This document shows, piece after piece, positions 1-9,552 of a DNA stretch of 50,872 bases. Positions within the stretch are counted from its first letter, which is position 1. The number at the start of each line of letters is the position of its first letter. The stretch lies in IMG/VR virus record IMGVR_UViG_3300034072_001527, positions 1 to 50,872 of that record; one strand, 5' to 3'. A program made the position numbers and the translations under genes. Origin of the DNA: a virus. Its lineage: Duplodnaviria > Caudoviricetes. Below the pieces are notes generated by a model that was not told the origin of the DNA, made no database searches, and saw only the letters and a list, made by a program, of their open reading frames with translations.

Positions 1-23
1 TATCAGGCTGACCAGGAGAGGGC

Positions 24-97
24 TGGAGCGGGTGAAGGGAATCGAACCCTCGTCGTAAGCTTGGGAAGCTTCTGCTCTACCATTGAGCTACACCCGC
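24..97 (-). tRNA. tRNA-Gly (anticodon CCC)
   Basis: Reverse complement reads GCGGGTGTAGCTCAATGGTAGAGCAGAAGCTTCCCAAGCTTACGACGAGGGTTCGATTCCCTTCACCCGCTCCA: 74 nt, D-loop TGG, anticodon loop TTCCCAA, T-loop GTTCGA, CCA end. Confidence 0.97.
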
Positions 98-98
98 A
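57..98. repeat. att core copy 1, within the intact tRNA (5' half through the anticodon arm)
   Basis: AAGCTTGGGAAGCTTCTGCTCTACCATTGAGCTACACCCGCA (42 bp) is identical to 40357..40398; 41 bp match to 50746..50786. Confidence 0.95.
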
Positions 99-175
99 AC
101 CGGCTGACTTCGCTGGAAAAAATCGCCTAAGCTTACGATCCTTCCAACGAGCGAGACGTTGGAATTCCAACAAGC

Positions 176-508
176 TCACCGCGGCGCGAGCCGCTCCATA
201 CGCTCGGAGCTGGTTTCGCCGCAAGCGAAATTGCCGCCCATGTCGTTCATCGATCGGCACATGCGCACGGCCGCGTCGGCCACCCGATCGCCCCAGCTCT
301 CGACGTCGGCGTTGTAGGTTTCGCGCGCGGCCGGATCGGTGACGATCGCCGGCGTCGGCAGGGGCTTGGCTTCCTGGCTCTTCTCAACGTCCGCCGCACT
401 CGGGAATTGCGGCCGTGTCCTGCCCAGCCCGCCGCAGGCGCTCACAAGCGAGGCGCACAGCAGGGTCAACATGATCGCCCGCAGCGGGCCGGTGGATTGC
501 ATCGTCAT
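176..508 (-). CDS. o-spanin (Rz1-like lipoprotein)
   Basis: Signal peptide with lipobox LLCASLVSAC and a Pro-rich mature part; overlaps the 3' end of the i-spanin in another frame. Start could be 508, 502 or 472. Confidence 0.75.
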   Translation of the reverse strand: MTMQSTGPLRAIMLTLLCASLVSACGGLGRTRPQFPSAADVEKSQEAKPLPTPAIVTDPAARETYNADVESWGDRVADAAVRMCRSMNDMGGNFACGETSSERMERLAPR

Positions 509-776
509 AGGCTTGCTCCTGGTCGCGGTTGGTATCGGCATTGGTGCTGCGCTCTGCATCGGCGCGCGCGTCGGCCTTGCGCTCGCGCTCGGCCGCCTTG
601 GCATTCGCGGCTGCCCGATCGGCATTGATCGCGGCTCGGTCATCGAAATAGTCCCACAGCTGGAAGGCAAGCAGGGCTGCGATGACGATCCCGGCGCCCA
701 GCACCCAGGGGGCCACTTTTCCGGCAACGCGCTCAGACAGGCCCAAACGGGCCAGCAAACCGACAATCATCATCAT
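384..776 (-). CDS. i-spanin (Rz-like)
   Basis: N-terminal TM helix (WVLGAGIVIAALLAFQLW) followed by an Ala/charged coiled coil; downstream of endolysin and holin. Confidence 0.75.
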   Translation of the reverse strand: MMMIVGLLARLGLSERVAGKVAPWVLGAGIVIAALLAFQLWDYFDDRAAINADRAAANAKAAERERKADARADAERSTNADTNRDQEQAYDDAIHRPAAGDHVDPAVRLACERLRRAGQDTAAIPECGGR

Positions 777-1021
777 GGCTCGTTCCCTTCATCAATCGAG
801 CTGGCGCCGCTTTCGTCGCGCCCCTTCGGCCGGAACGTGCCGATCACGCCGACCAGCCCGGTCACGCCGGCCGAGATGAACACCAGCGCGGACAGCACCT
901 CGTCGATGCGCTCCTCCGGCGCCAGCGCCACGGCGACCGCTCCGCCGATCGACATGACCACGATCGCCGCCAGCGTGGCGAGATAGGCGACCATCGCCTC
1001 CTGCGGTGCCTTGAGCCTCAT
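773..1021 (-). CDS. Putative holin (2 TM helices)
   Basis: MRLKAPQEAM... 82 aa, two hydrophobic segments and a charged C-tail; ATGA-coupled to both neighbours. Confidence 0.6.
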   Translation of the reverse strand: MRLKAPQEAMVAYLATLAAIVVMSIGGAVAVALAPEERIDEVLSALVFISAGVTGLVGVIGTFRPKGRDESGASSIDEGNEP

Positions 1022-1635
1022 GCCTCGTTCACGGAAACCGTGCCCCCCGTCATCTTGGGCAGGCCCGGCGTCGGCAGCCCCAGCTGCGTCGGCCAGCGGA
1101 TCGCCACCGCGCGGTTCTTGGCCAGCGGCATGATGTTGACCGCGTTCGACTGATTGCCGCCCAGGACGTAGTAATTGGCCGGGCTTTCGCCGACGAGGAA
1201 GCCGACGTGCCCGCCGCCCGATCGCTTGAACACCACCACCGCGCCGACAGCGGGCGGACATGCCTTGCCCCAGTCTGCCCAGGCGATCGCGCGCGGGAAC
1301 ATCTTGGGAAAAGGCAGGCCGGCCGCCTCAATGCAATGCGCCACGAACAGGCCGCACCACGGGGTTTCGTCATCGGTGAACCACCCTGCACCAAGGCGCT
1401 TCCAGCTGCTCGCAATCCATGCGTTATGCTTCGGGCCGGGGATCTCGCGCTGCCCGATCTTGCTACGCGCCTCGATCAGCCATTTGGGCTCGGGCGCACG
1501 CGGGCTGTCGTCAGCTGGCCAGCGCCCCTCGATCGCGTTGCGGATGAAATCGAGCTCGGCCTGCGTGATCCTTGCCCCGTCGCTGTGCCGGAGCGTGCGC
1601 CAGTGCGCCATGAACCGATCGGAGGGGAAGGTCAT
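1018..1635 (-). CDS. Endolysin, TIGR02594-type CHAP/NlpC-P60-like peptidase
   Basis: Motifs DDETPWCGLFV, GHVGFLVG and VLGGNQSNAV. Confidence 0.85.
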   Translation of the reverse strand: MTFPSDRFMAHWRTLRHSDGARITQAELDFIRNAIEGRWPADDSPRAPEPKWLIEARSKIGQREIPGPKHNAWIASSWKRLGAGWFTDDETPWCGLFVAHCIEAAGLPFPKMFPRAIAWADWGKACPPAVGAVVVFKRSGGGHVGFLVGESPANYYVLGGNQSNAVNIMPLAKNRAVAIRWPTQLGLPTPGLPKMTGGTVSVNEA

Positions 1636-1913
1636 GGTGTGTTCTCCTTCAGCTTATCGAGGTGTTCCTTGCAGCGCGCCAGCACCGGCGCTGCCGCTTT
1701 GCTCTTAGATGCCGCCTGCCACAGCAGCTCGATCACCAGCAGGTGCTTCGAGGCGATCTCTGACGCGCGCAGCTCGCGCTGGCGGCACTTCTCCAACTCG
1801 CCCTCGACCTTCTTGAACCGCGCATCGACGCGGCGATACAGCCACACCACGCCGCCGCCGCCCGTGCCGAGCGCGGTCGCCGTGGTGCTGATGATTGCAG
1901 GCCAGTCGCTCAT
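1632..1913 (-). CDS. Small membrane/coiled-coil protein of the lysis region (possible holin or antiholin)
   Basis: MSDWPAIISTTATALGTGGGGVVWLY followed by a coiled coil; ATGA overlap with the endolysin start. Confidence 0.6.
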   Translation of the reverse strand: MSDWPAIISTTATALGTGGGGVVWLYRRVDARFKKVEGELEKCRQRELRASEIASKHLLVIELLWQAASKSKAAAPVLARCKEHLDKLKENTP

Positions 1914-2035
1914 GCCCCCCCCATATGCGCGCACAGATCGAGCGCGTAATTGATCGCCACCAGAAACAGCGCCACCGCGCACAGGTCGCAGTTGCGCTTG
2001 CCGTGGTTCAGGATGATCTCGACGAGGCCGGTCAT
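1910..2035 (-). CDS. 41-aa hypothetical protein (below the ORF-track cutoff)
   Basis: MTGLVEIILNHGKRNCDLCAVALFLVAINYALDLCAHMGGA; ATGA overlaps at both ends. Confidence 0.55.
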   Translation of the reverse strand: MTGLVEIILNHGKRNCDLCAVALFLVAINYALDLCAHMGGA

Positions 2036-4053
2036 CGGTAGGACGCCGCGAGAATGGAGATTTCGTTTGCAGTGCCGGTATAGGTCGCCGTCACCGTGCT
2101 CGACGCCGAAGCAGCCGTCCCGGAAGCGCGGCCACTGGTGTGCGAGGAACCCGAGACGTTGAAGAAGTAGTCAGCCGAATAAGTCTCGTCCCCCGAGATC
2201 GATCCTGCCGTTGCCGCGACATTGCGGAAAGAGGCTAACGCAAACACGACACCACCGTCAGAGGTCGGCAGCGTCGTGCTGATGGCCGACGCGCTGGCAA
2301 GGCGGTTGTTCCCCGAACTCACCGCCGTGGTGCTGTTGAAATTCGCAGCGATCCCCGTGGCAACGTGCACCACCGCGTTGGCGAAGGGCGTTGCGCCGAA
2401 GGTCAACTCAACATCAACCGACGTCGTCCCCGATGGCAACTCGGCCTGATAAAGGGCAAGGCGGGGGCGCAAGGTGGTGACTGCGACCAGCGTTGCCGTG
2501 ACGCGAGTGCCGGAAGGCTGCGCAATGGCCGTGCAGCCGCTAGGGGCCACGCCCTGCACCGCAACCCCCATAAGGCACAGCAGCGCATTGGATGACCCGT
2601 CAACCGCGAAGCCGGCGATCGTCTGGGTGGTGTTCGCATTCGCGCTGGAAAGAGTGCCAGCATAAGACAAGACAGGCAGCGTCACCGAACCCGCAGCGAC
2701 AATATCGGACGTGGTGAAATTAATCGGCGCGGCCAGCGCGCCGTCATCTTTGAGAGCACCAGTCACATCGGGAAGCTTGCCGTATTGGTAGTGGAACCGC
2801 CGCTCGTTCGTGCCTAGGCCGGTGTGCGTGAAAATGACGCTATCTTCATCCTCGCGCGCACCCGTTGCGCTTACCCAGGTGCCTCCGCCGTCATTCGAAA
2901 ACTCGGCCCCAGTGATCCCGCTGGCCGGGGTGAAGTCGGCCCCCATCGAATGCGCGAGATTGACCCGCGTTTCAGTTTCACTGACTCGCTCTGCCGAGGT
3001 CCAGAACAAGCGCGGGCGCGCGGTTTCCAGTCCCATGAGAACTTGAACAGTGCGAGCCGAGCGCGCGCCGGAGCGGCCATAGCTGGGGCCATCCCAATGC
3101 ACGCCATCGGTCAGCACTGCATCGCGGTTTGAGTGCGAGTAATGAATATTCGGATAGTCAGCGTTAATGCCCGCGAGCGCCTGCTGGATCGTCTGCCACG
3201 AACTGTCCGGCTGATTGAACGAGGTCGCCACCGCGCTATCGACGTTGGCCAGGCTGGAAAGCACAATCGGCAGCTGCGCACGGGTCTTGCTCAGATCAGA
3301 GGTGATGCTGCCGTGGAACGTATCCAGAGCAGTGCGATAGCCCGAAATGGTGGGCGACGCGGTGTTCGCATCGCCTTCGCCTTGGTGCCAGATCATATAC
3401 TGGGGGTCAGAACCCGACGCGATGATACGCGCAAGCAGGGCTTCGTAGTTTCCGTTTGCAGCACCCTTCTGCAAGAGGGCGATCGGGACGCCAGACTGCC
3501 CGCCGTAGACCATGCGACAGACCCGCCCTGTCGCGGCCTGCATCGCATTAAGGAACGTGCGAACGCCATTGCCCGCAGGTTCGACCCATGCGCTCGTATC
3601 AGGATCCCAGACAAAAGTGTCTGGATGAGCGGCAGGGCGACCGGACGTGTTCGTGATCCAGAAAAGAAAATTCGACTGGCCCATGCCAGCGAAATCGAGC
3701 GGCGGGTTCTCATCAACATCGAGGACACCAATCGTGAACACCCGCACAATCGGATCATCCACGCCGTTGCTCGCGCTGATGGTCACGCTGTGCGAGGTGG
3801 CAGTCTCATAATCCAGCGCCGCCGCCGTGTTGAGGTTCGCATTGTTCGTTCCCGCCAGGGCGAACTTGCTGTCCGGGTCTGCGGTCTTGGTGAAGGTATA
3901 AGTGCCTTCGCCGCCAACCACCGAGAGCACGCCCACGGTCGAGCCGGACACGGCGCTTTCGAGGATGCTGCTGGCCGTGATGACAATGCGGGGCCCCGAA
4001 GCACCCCGCCGCGACCGCCAGAAGCGCGAGCCATATCCGTATCCGTAGCTCAT
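2032..4053 (-). CDS. Virion fibre/spike with cadherin-like domain and SGNH (sialate O-acetylesterase/DUF303-type) esterase
   Basis: Cadherin-like LDYETATSHSVTISAS; esterase blocks GQSN, WHQGEGD and DGVH; beta-rich C-terminus. Confidence 0.8.
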   Translation of the reverse strand: MSYGYGYGSRFWRSRRGASGPRIVITASSILESAVSGSTVGVLSVVGGEGTYTFTKTADPDSKFALAGTNNANLNTAAALDYETATSHSVTISASNGVDDPIVRVFTIGVLDVDENPPLDFAGMGQSNFLFWITNTSGRPAAHPDTFVWDPDTSAWVEPAGNGVRTFLNAMQAATGRVCRMVYGGQSGVPIALLQKGAANGNYEALLARIIASGSDPQYMIWHQGEGDANTASPTISGYRTALDTFHGSITSDLSKTRAQLPIVLSSLANVDSAVATSFNQPDSSWQTIQQALAGINADYPNIHYSHSNRDAVLTDGVHWDGPSYGRSGARSARTVQVLMGLETARPRLFWTSAERVSETETRVNLAHSMGADFTPASGITGAEFSNDGGGTWVSATGAREDEDSVIFTHTGLGTNERRFHYQYGKLPDVTGALKDDGALAAPINFTTSDIVAAGSVTLPVLSYAGTLSSANANTTQTIAGFAVDGSSNALLCLMGVAVQGVAPSGCTAIAQPSGTRVTATLVAVTTLRPRLALYQAELPSGTTSVDVELTFGATPFANAVVHVATGIAANFNSTTAVSSGNNRLASASAISTTLPTSDGGVVFALASFRNVAATAGSISGDETYSADYFFNVSGSSHTSGRASGTAASASSTVTATYTGTANEISILAASYR

Positions 4054-4181
4054 AGCATCACCTCTACATGCAGGCCGGTTTCATCACGCCAGACGCGCCA
4101 TTTTCCGGGCGCACAGATACGGCCAGCTCGGCCTACAATGACGCGGAAGCCGCCAATAAGGGCGGAGAGAAGGCGGATCAT
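4050..4181 (-). CDS. 43-aa hypothetical protein (below the ORF-track cutoff)
   Basis: MIRLLSALIGGFRVIVGRAGRICAPGKWRVWRDETGLHVEVML; ATGA overlaps at both ends. Confidence 0.5.
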   Translation of the reverse strand: MIRLLSALIGGFRVIVGRAGRICAPGKWRVWRDETGLHVEVML

Positions 4182-6781
4182 GCCAGCGGCTCCAGATCGC
4201 GCAGACGGCCAACCGCAACTGCGGCCATGCGAGCGCCGCCATCAGCGTTCGGGTGTATCCAGCCACCGTCATTGAAGTGATAGGTCGTCTTGTTCGCTTC
4301 GTTGATGCCTGCCTCGCGGAAGTCGATAAACGGCAATCCCCACCAGCGCGCAGCCTCACGGATCGCATCGCCATAATCGTTGATCGTCAGGCCTTGCGTG
4401 TTCGTCGCAGCATCGCCCCAAATGGTATCCGTCACGCGGGCAGGCAACTCGCTCCACGGCGGCGCGCAAAGCACAATGCGGGTCGTGGGGTAGCGGGTCG
4501 TCAGCCGCTCGATCATCACATTCAGCGCACCATAAAACTGCGCTTCGTTTGTGTTCATGACCGTCTGCGACGTCGAGCCAGAGCCGGTGACCGACTTAAG
4601 AACGCCCAGCGGCACCGACTGCGCCCAGTCGTTCGTTCCGCCGAGAACAAGCAGCAGATCAATGCTCGCAGGCAGCGCGTCAATCGTGGTTTGCGCGACC
4701 ATGTGATTTCCCGAACCACCGCCCGCAGCCGTGCTGATCGTCCGCCCACCAACTCCATAGGCGGTGTGAACCAAACTAAGGGATTGCGCGATACCCGGTT
4801 GCCATTGAAGCTGTGCGGTCAGGCTGTCACCGTAGGAGACAAACACCTGATCGGCCCAGGTGGTCGAGGAGCTGCCTCCAGCGTTGATAATATCATCGGT
4901 CAGCCTAAACCCGAACGGCTCGAAGCCAGTCGCCGTAGCGCCCACCTCGACCTGGAAATCATCCACGCGCGCATCCGCAACGGTCAGCCGCATAAACGCA
5001 TCGCCCGACACAGCGGTATAGCTTGTCGTCCCGTCTGTGAGCGTGCTGTTGGGCGCACCACGATTAACTAATGCAGCATCGAACACCGAGCGAAAACGCG
5101 CACCACCTGCGGCGCTGCCGTAGGAATACGTCTCGCCCGGCGTGATCGGAATGTAGTCCGAAAGCTGGAACCCGGCCAAGGATGCAGTGCCACCCGTGCT
5201 CTGGATCGTGTCGAGCGTGTTCGTGGCCTTGTTGTAAAGGTTCTTGCCTTGCTCAAGAAACGTGACTTTTCCCGGCGCAATGCTCGCATCTGCAAGGGCA
5301 TCGCCGGAAACTGTGCCGTCAAGCAAAGCCGCGCCGTCGAGCACTTTGGCAAAATCTGGCCTCGGTGTGATGAGCGAAGCGCCGGGGGTGACGCTAAAAT
5401 TCGCAATCGATATTTGGGGCTTTAGAATTGAAACACGGAAATGAGTTGCACCCACAGCTTTTGTCAAAGTGTAGGGATTGGTATTGGGGTTGGCATTAGA
5501 GCCAACCACGAAAACGAACTCTCCATCCGTCAAAGTGTATTGAGCAACCCAATTGCCGAGCGTCATGGTGACCTGCGTGACACCCTCGGGCCATGCGATA
5601 TGCTCGGTTGCCGCATAGTCGCTGTTGGCGTTCAAGCCGCCAGTGGTGTTGACGAAGAAATTGTCAGTTACCGCCGTGCTATCATAAAGCTGCAAACGAC
5701 TGAAAAACTCGCCAAGGTTCTCCTGATTGCGGGAGGCGGTGGCTTCAACATCATCAAGCGTGTCGCTGATGCTGTCGATCTGATCCTGAATGCCCGCGTT
5801 TGCGAACGCCTCGACAAACGCGATTGCATCAGTGCCAAGCGTCGCCACCTCGGAATAGGTAACAAAGACCCTGCCTCCGTTGGCCGAACCCGCGCTGACA
5901 TAAACCGCAGTGTCGGCCACCTCGCCAGCAGCGTCCATATCCGTCGCCCGCGACCACGCTCCGGCGCCAGAGACATAAATGCCGTTTTGCGCAGCAGTTG
6001 ACTGGTTTTTCACCAGCACGCGGCTCGTAGAGGTCAGCACCCCGTCAATCGTCTGTTCGCCGGAAAGCGTGATGTTGGCAGTCGTGGCAACTGCCACAGG
6101 CCCGCCAGCGGCGAAAGCAGCGCCCGTGACACTGACGGCCTGCGCATCATCACGCGCGCTTTCCGCCGCCGCTTGCGCTGCTTCGGCTGCATCCTGCGCT
6201 GCCTCGGCATTGGCTTCTGCCGTTTCCGCGGCATCTTGCGCGGCCTCCGCCCCTGCGCGCGCAGCCTCCGCTGCCGCTGCCTGTGATGCAGCTTCGGCAA
6301 TATCGGCATCGAGGCCAACGATTTCTTCATCCACAACGGCCAGGAACTTGCCTTCAAGGCTTGCCCGCGCTGCCATCGGCAATCCCTGTTCACCGCGCGG
6401 CGCTTTTACCGTGCGGGCGAGATCCGCATCTTGCTCCTGGTTAACCAGCATCGCCTTGTCGAGCGCGTTTTCGTGGCTCTGCGCGGTGAACGCCCCGCTC
6501 TCAATATAGTCTGCAGTCTGCGCCCGCGCTGTTTCGCGCCAGATGGTCAGCTTTACCCCGCTCGCCGCCGGCGCAGCGGTGGTCAGCGTGCCGCCGGCAT
6601 TGGTTGAACCGCTGGTCGCCGTGAAGTCGACACCGTTGACCAGCACGGTTTCGGTGCCATCGGCCGCGCGCCGGATCGCTCGCAGATCGGCCGGGCTGTC
6701 ATAGCGGAACGGCACCGCAAAAGCCGTGGTGCTGCCGTTCTCGTTATAGATGATCTCGGGGGTCTGGACGGCAACGGTCAT
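4178..6781 (-). CDS. Tail fibre/spike with C-terminal SGNH/GDSL hydrolase
   Basis: Podoviral fibre N-terminal adaptor (YNENGSTTAFAVPF...ENALDKAM), Ala-rich coil, fibre motif ATTANITLSGEQTIDG...KNQSTAAQNGIY; SGNH blocks YGDS, GGTND and HPN. Confidence 0.85.
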   Translation of the reverse strand: MTVAVQTPEIIYNENGSTTAFAVPFRYDSPADLRAIRRAADGTETVLVNGVDFTATSGSTNAGGTLTTAAPAASGVKLTIWRETARAQTADYIESGAFTAQSHENALDKAMLVNQEQDADLARTVKAPRGEQGLPMAARASLEGKFLAVVDEEIVGLDADIAEAASQAAAAEAARAGAEAAQDAAETAEANAEAAQDAAEAAQAAAESARDDAQAVSVTGAAFAAGGPVAVATTANITLSGEQTIDGVLTSTSRVLVKNQSTAAQNGIYVSGAGAWSRATDMDAAGEVADTAVYVSAGSANGGRVFVTYSEVATLGTDAIAFVEAFANAGIQDQIDSISDTLDDVEATASRNQENLGEFFSRLQLYDSTAVTDNFFVNTTGGLNANSDYAATEHIAWPEGVTQVTMTLGNWVAQYTLTDGEFVFVVGSNANPNTNPYTLTKAVGATHFRVSILKPQISIANFSVTPGASLITPRPDFAKVLDGAALLDGTVSGDALADASIAPGKVTFLEQGKNLYNKATNTLDTIQSTGGTASLAGFQLSDYIPITPGETYSYGSAAGGARFRSVFDAALVNRGAPNSTLTDGTTSYTAVSGDAFMRLTVADARVDDFQVEVGATATGFEPFGFRLTDDIINAGGSSSTTWADQVFVSYGDSLTAQLQWQPGIAQSLSLVHTAYGVGGRTISTAAGGGSGNHMVAQTTIDALPASIDLLLVLGGTNDWAQSVPLGVLKSVTGSGSTSQTVMNTNEAQFYGALNVMIERLTTRYPTTRIVLCAPPWSELPARVTDTIWGDAATNTQGLTINDYGDAIREAARWWGLPFIDFREAGINEANKTTYHFNDGGWIHPNADGGARMAAVAVGRLRDLEPLA

Positions 6782-9240
6782 TCCTGTGGTCCTTCTTCAA
6801 GGGCATTGGCAAAATCGGGATTGCGATCAGGCAGAGTGTCGCCGGGCGACCACCAGTAGGCGGTGCCCTGCTCGGCCGCGAAGCGGTGCATCCGGCGCCG
6901 CGTGTTGCGCAGGTCGGGATTGATCGCCTCCTCGATCTGGTCGGCGAGCATCCGGTCGAAAGCGGCGCGCGTGTACCAGAGGTTGTTGCCGGGAATAAAA
7001 CCCTTGGCCTCGCGCACCAGGCGCTTGCGCGGATCCTTGGCGGTGGCGACGTTGACGATCCCCTGCGCGTCGCTGACGATCGGGCCCGCCAGCGTCTGGG
7101 CAAAGCCGCTTCCCGCGCGGTTTTCGGCGGCGAACAGGAAATCGCCGAAGATCCCGAAGCCGCCGCCCTGCAGCATCGCGGCATACCAGAAATCGTCATC
7201 CTCCATCGGGCGCGGATCCTGTCCGGCCGCCAACGCCTTCAACTGCAGCGCCAGCCCGCCCATCAGCGTGGTGCCGATCATCAGCCCGCCAGCATAACGC
7301 GCCGCGGCGGCCGGCTGCATCGCAAGGATTTCGCCAGCCTGGCGCAGCATTACCGAAACGCCGAAGCTCTTGAACAGCAGCGCCGATCGGCCGATCTCGC
7401 CCAGCCAGGTGCCGCGCTCGAGCTTGGAGTTGAACACCGCCCGCGTCTTGAGATCCGCCACCGGCACGGCAAGGTCGGTTTCGGAAAGGATCATCTCCAT
7501 GAAGCGGTCGCCGATCATCCGGTCCGCGTCGGACAGGTTGTGCGGGCTGATCCAGGTCGCGCCGCGATCGGTGTCCATCGGCGCGCGGCGCAGCTTGTCC
7601 CATGCGGCCGCGTCGATCCCGTACCGCTCGAGCGCCGCGCGCAGTGGCACCTCGAGCTCGCCGAAGGCCTTGCCCGCCGCCTCGGTATAGGTGGCAAGGC
7701 TTTCCATGCCATAGACCCAGCGCATCGTCTGCGTGTGGCGCGCCAGCAGCGACACGCGCAGCACACCCGACGCGAGCCTGCGCGACCATTCGCCGGTCAG
7801 CTCCTCCATCAGGTAGCGCGATTGCCCGGCGGTGCGGTTGGCATATTCCTCGGCGATCAGCCCGCGCCGGATCGCCAGCTGCTGGTCCTCGATCGAGCCC
7901 GGCACCATCAGCTTGAGATATTGCGGCAACACGCTCGCCTGGCCCAGCCCGTTGAAGCTGCGCCGCGCGGCCTGGAACGCGAAATCGCTGGTCGCCGAAA
8001 GATAGGCCCCACCCAGCTTGGTCGCCACCTGGAAGCTGCGGATCGCCGAAAAGGTCAGCGCCAGCGTCTGGTTGTCCGCCTCGAGATTGCGGCCGCGATA
8101 TTCGTCCCACAGCCGGTCGAGCTGCTTGGCCCCGCTGTTCGCTGCCTCGATCGCCTTGCTGTCCGGCGCACGGTCGAGCTTGGCCTGCTGGATCATCGTG
8201 TCTTTGATCCAGCGCAGCGTGTTCTCCGGGTTCGGGCCGAGGATCTCGAGCGCGGCGATATCGCGCGCCATGCTCTCAACGTGGCCCATGATCGCGTCAT
8301 AGGGCGTGCCGCTGCCGAACTCGGCGGCATAGGCCATCCAGTCGTCGGCATTGTTGAACACCAGGAAGCGCGCATCGCCGCGGCTGTTGGCAAGGCTCCG
8401 GCCACCCGGGGCGCCGGGCGTCATCTTGGCCGCGCCGTCGCTGCGGATCGTGTCCCACACCTCGATCAGCGCGCGCTCGAGCCCGGCTTCGCTGAACGGC
8501 TGCCCGGTGCGCTGGTCGATCATGCGCGTGCGGTCGAGCTTCGGCAGGATCGCCGCGCGCCAGGCCTCGAAGCCGGCGGCACGCACCTTCTTCCAGTCGT
8601 GGCTCTGCGGCAGGCCCCAGTCGCTGCGGAAACCGATATCGCCACCGGCACGGTTGAACCGCTGGCGCAACGTCTCGGCCGCGCGCCGCCATGCCGCCGC
8701 CATCTCGCGCGCGGCCTCGTCGCCGGTGCCACCTTCAAACAGCTCGCGCACCATGTTATCGAGCTGCGCCTTGTTGCGCACCTTGCCCAGCAGGTTGGCC
8801 GAAAAGTCGGTGAGCACCTTGTCCATCTGGCGGTGCGCGTCGCCGACGATCGCCTTGCGCCGTGCCTCGACGTTGGAATAGGGCGCGCGCGGATCGTGAT
8901 CGATCAGCGCGGCGGCCGCCTTGGGATCGATCGTGCGGCCGCCACCACCCTTGCCAGGGCGGAAACGCGGGTCGCTGGTCGCCCGGCCATAGCTGGCAAG
9001 ATCCGCCGCCACCGCCTGCCGCCGCTTGATCGCCAGCCCTGCGAGGAATTCCTTGCGGGTGACGTTGCGCTCGAGCGCGGCAAGCACCTCCTCGCTCGCC
9101 AGCGCCTCGGCCGTCTCGCGGCTGCCCGTGCGGGCGTGCGCGGCAAGGCGCTCGTCATACAGGGCGCGCGCCGCCGCCGCCTGCTCGGCGGTCAGCTTGC
9201 CCTCGGCCTCGAGGCCGGGAAGGCACGCGCCCAGGCTCAT
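6778..9240 (-). CDS. Large internal virion (ejection) protein
   Basis: 820 aa, helical, with a Gly-rich hydrophobic C-terminal region; lies directly before the tail fibre. Confidence 0.7.
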   Translation of the reverse strand: MSLGACLPGLEAEGKLTAEQAAAARALYDERLAAHARTGSRETAEALASEEVLAALERNVTRKEFLAGLAIKRRQAVAADLASYGRATSDPRFRPGKGGGGRTIDPKAAAALIDHDPRAPYSNVEARRKAIVGDAHRQMDKVLTDFSANLLGKVRNKAQLDNMVRELFEGGTGDEAAREMAAAWRRAAETLRQRFNRAGGDIGFRSDWGLPQSHDWKKVRAAGFEAWRAAILPKLDRTRMIDQRTGQPFSEAGLERALIEVWDTIRSDGAAKMTPGAPGGRSLANSRGDARFLVFNNADDWMAYAAEFGSGTPYDAIMGHVESMARDIAALEILGPNPENTLRWIKDTMIQQAKLDRAPDSKAIEAANSGAKQLDRLWDEYRGRNLEADNQTLALTFSAIRSFQVATKLGGAYLSATSDFAFQAARRSFNGLGQASVLPQYLKLMVPGSIEDQQLAIRRGLIAEEYANRTAGQSRYLMEELTGEWSRRLASGVLRVSLLARHTQTMRWVYGMESLATYTEAAGKAFGELEVPLRAALERYGIDAAAWDKLRRAPMDTDRGATWISPHNLSDADRMIGDRFMEMILSETDLAVPVADLKTRAVFNSKLERGTWLGEIGRSALLFKSFGVSVMLRQAGEILAMQPAAAARYAGGLMIGTTLMGGLALQLKALAAGQDPRPMEDDDFWYAAMLQGGGFGIFGDFLFAAENRAGSGFAQTLAGPIVSDAQGIVNVATAKDPRKRLVREAKGFIPGNNLWYTRAAFDRMLADQIEEAINPDLRNTRRRMHRFAAEQGTAYWWSPGDTLPDRNPDFANALEEGPQE

Positions 9241-9497
9241 TAGCAGATCCCGTGGATGGTGATCGCGTCGGTGCCGGTGTCGCGCACGTGCGTGACGAAG
9301 CCGACAAAATACTCGCCCGCGGCGAAATTCATCGTCACGTCAGCCGCGCTGTCCTTGACGCGGAAGGTGATCGCGCCCGCTTCATCGGCGCGGATCGCCT
9401 TGGGGATCGGGTCCAGCGCCACGCTGTCGCTCGGCGTGATTGCGAACACGTGGGTCGCGGGGCCCTGCGGACCGGTCGGGTAGGCGGGAATGCTCAT
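9240..9497 (-). CDS. Head-spike base protein, RcGTA Rcc01079-like
   Basis: 85 aa with PATHVFAITPSDS...AIRADEAGAI...VTHVRDTGTDA, resembling the family pattern as I recall it. Confidence 0.7.
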   Translation of the reverse strand: MSIPAYPTGPQGPATHVFAITPSDSVALDPIPKAIRADEAGAITFRVKDSAADVTMNFAAGEYFVGFVTHVRDTGTDAITIHGIC

Positions 9498-9552
9498 GTC
9501 AGACAGCTCCTCATGGTGGCAATGGCGGCCTTGTCGGCATCGATCTCGGCGG

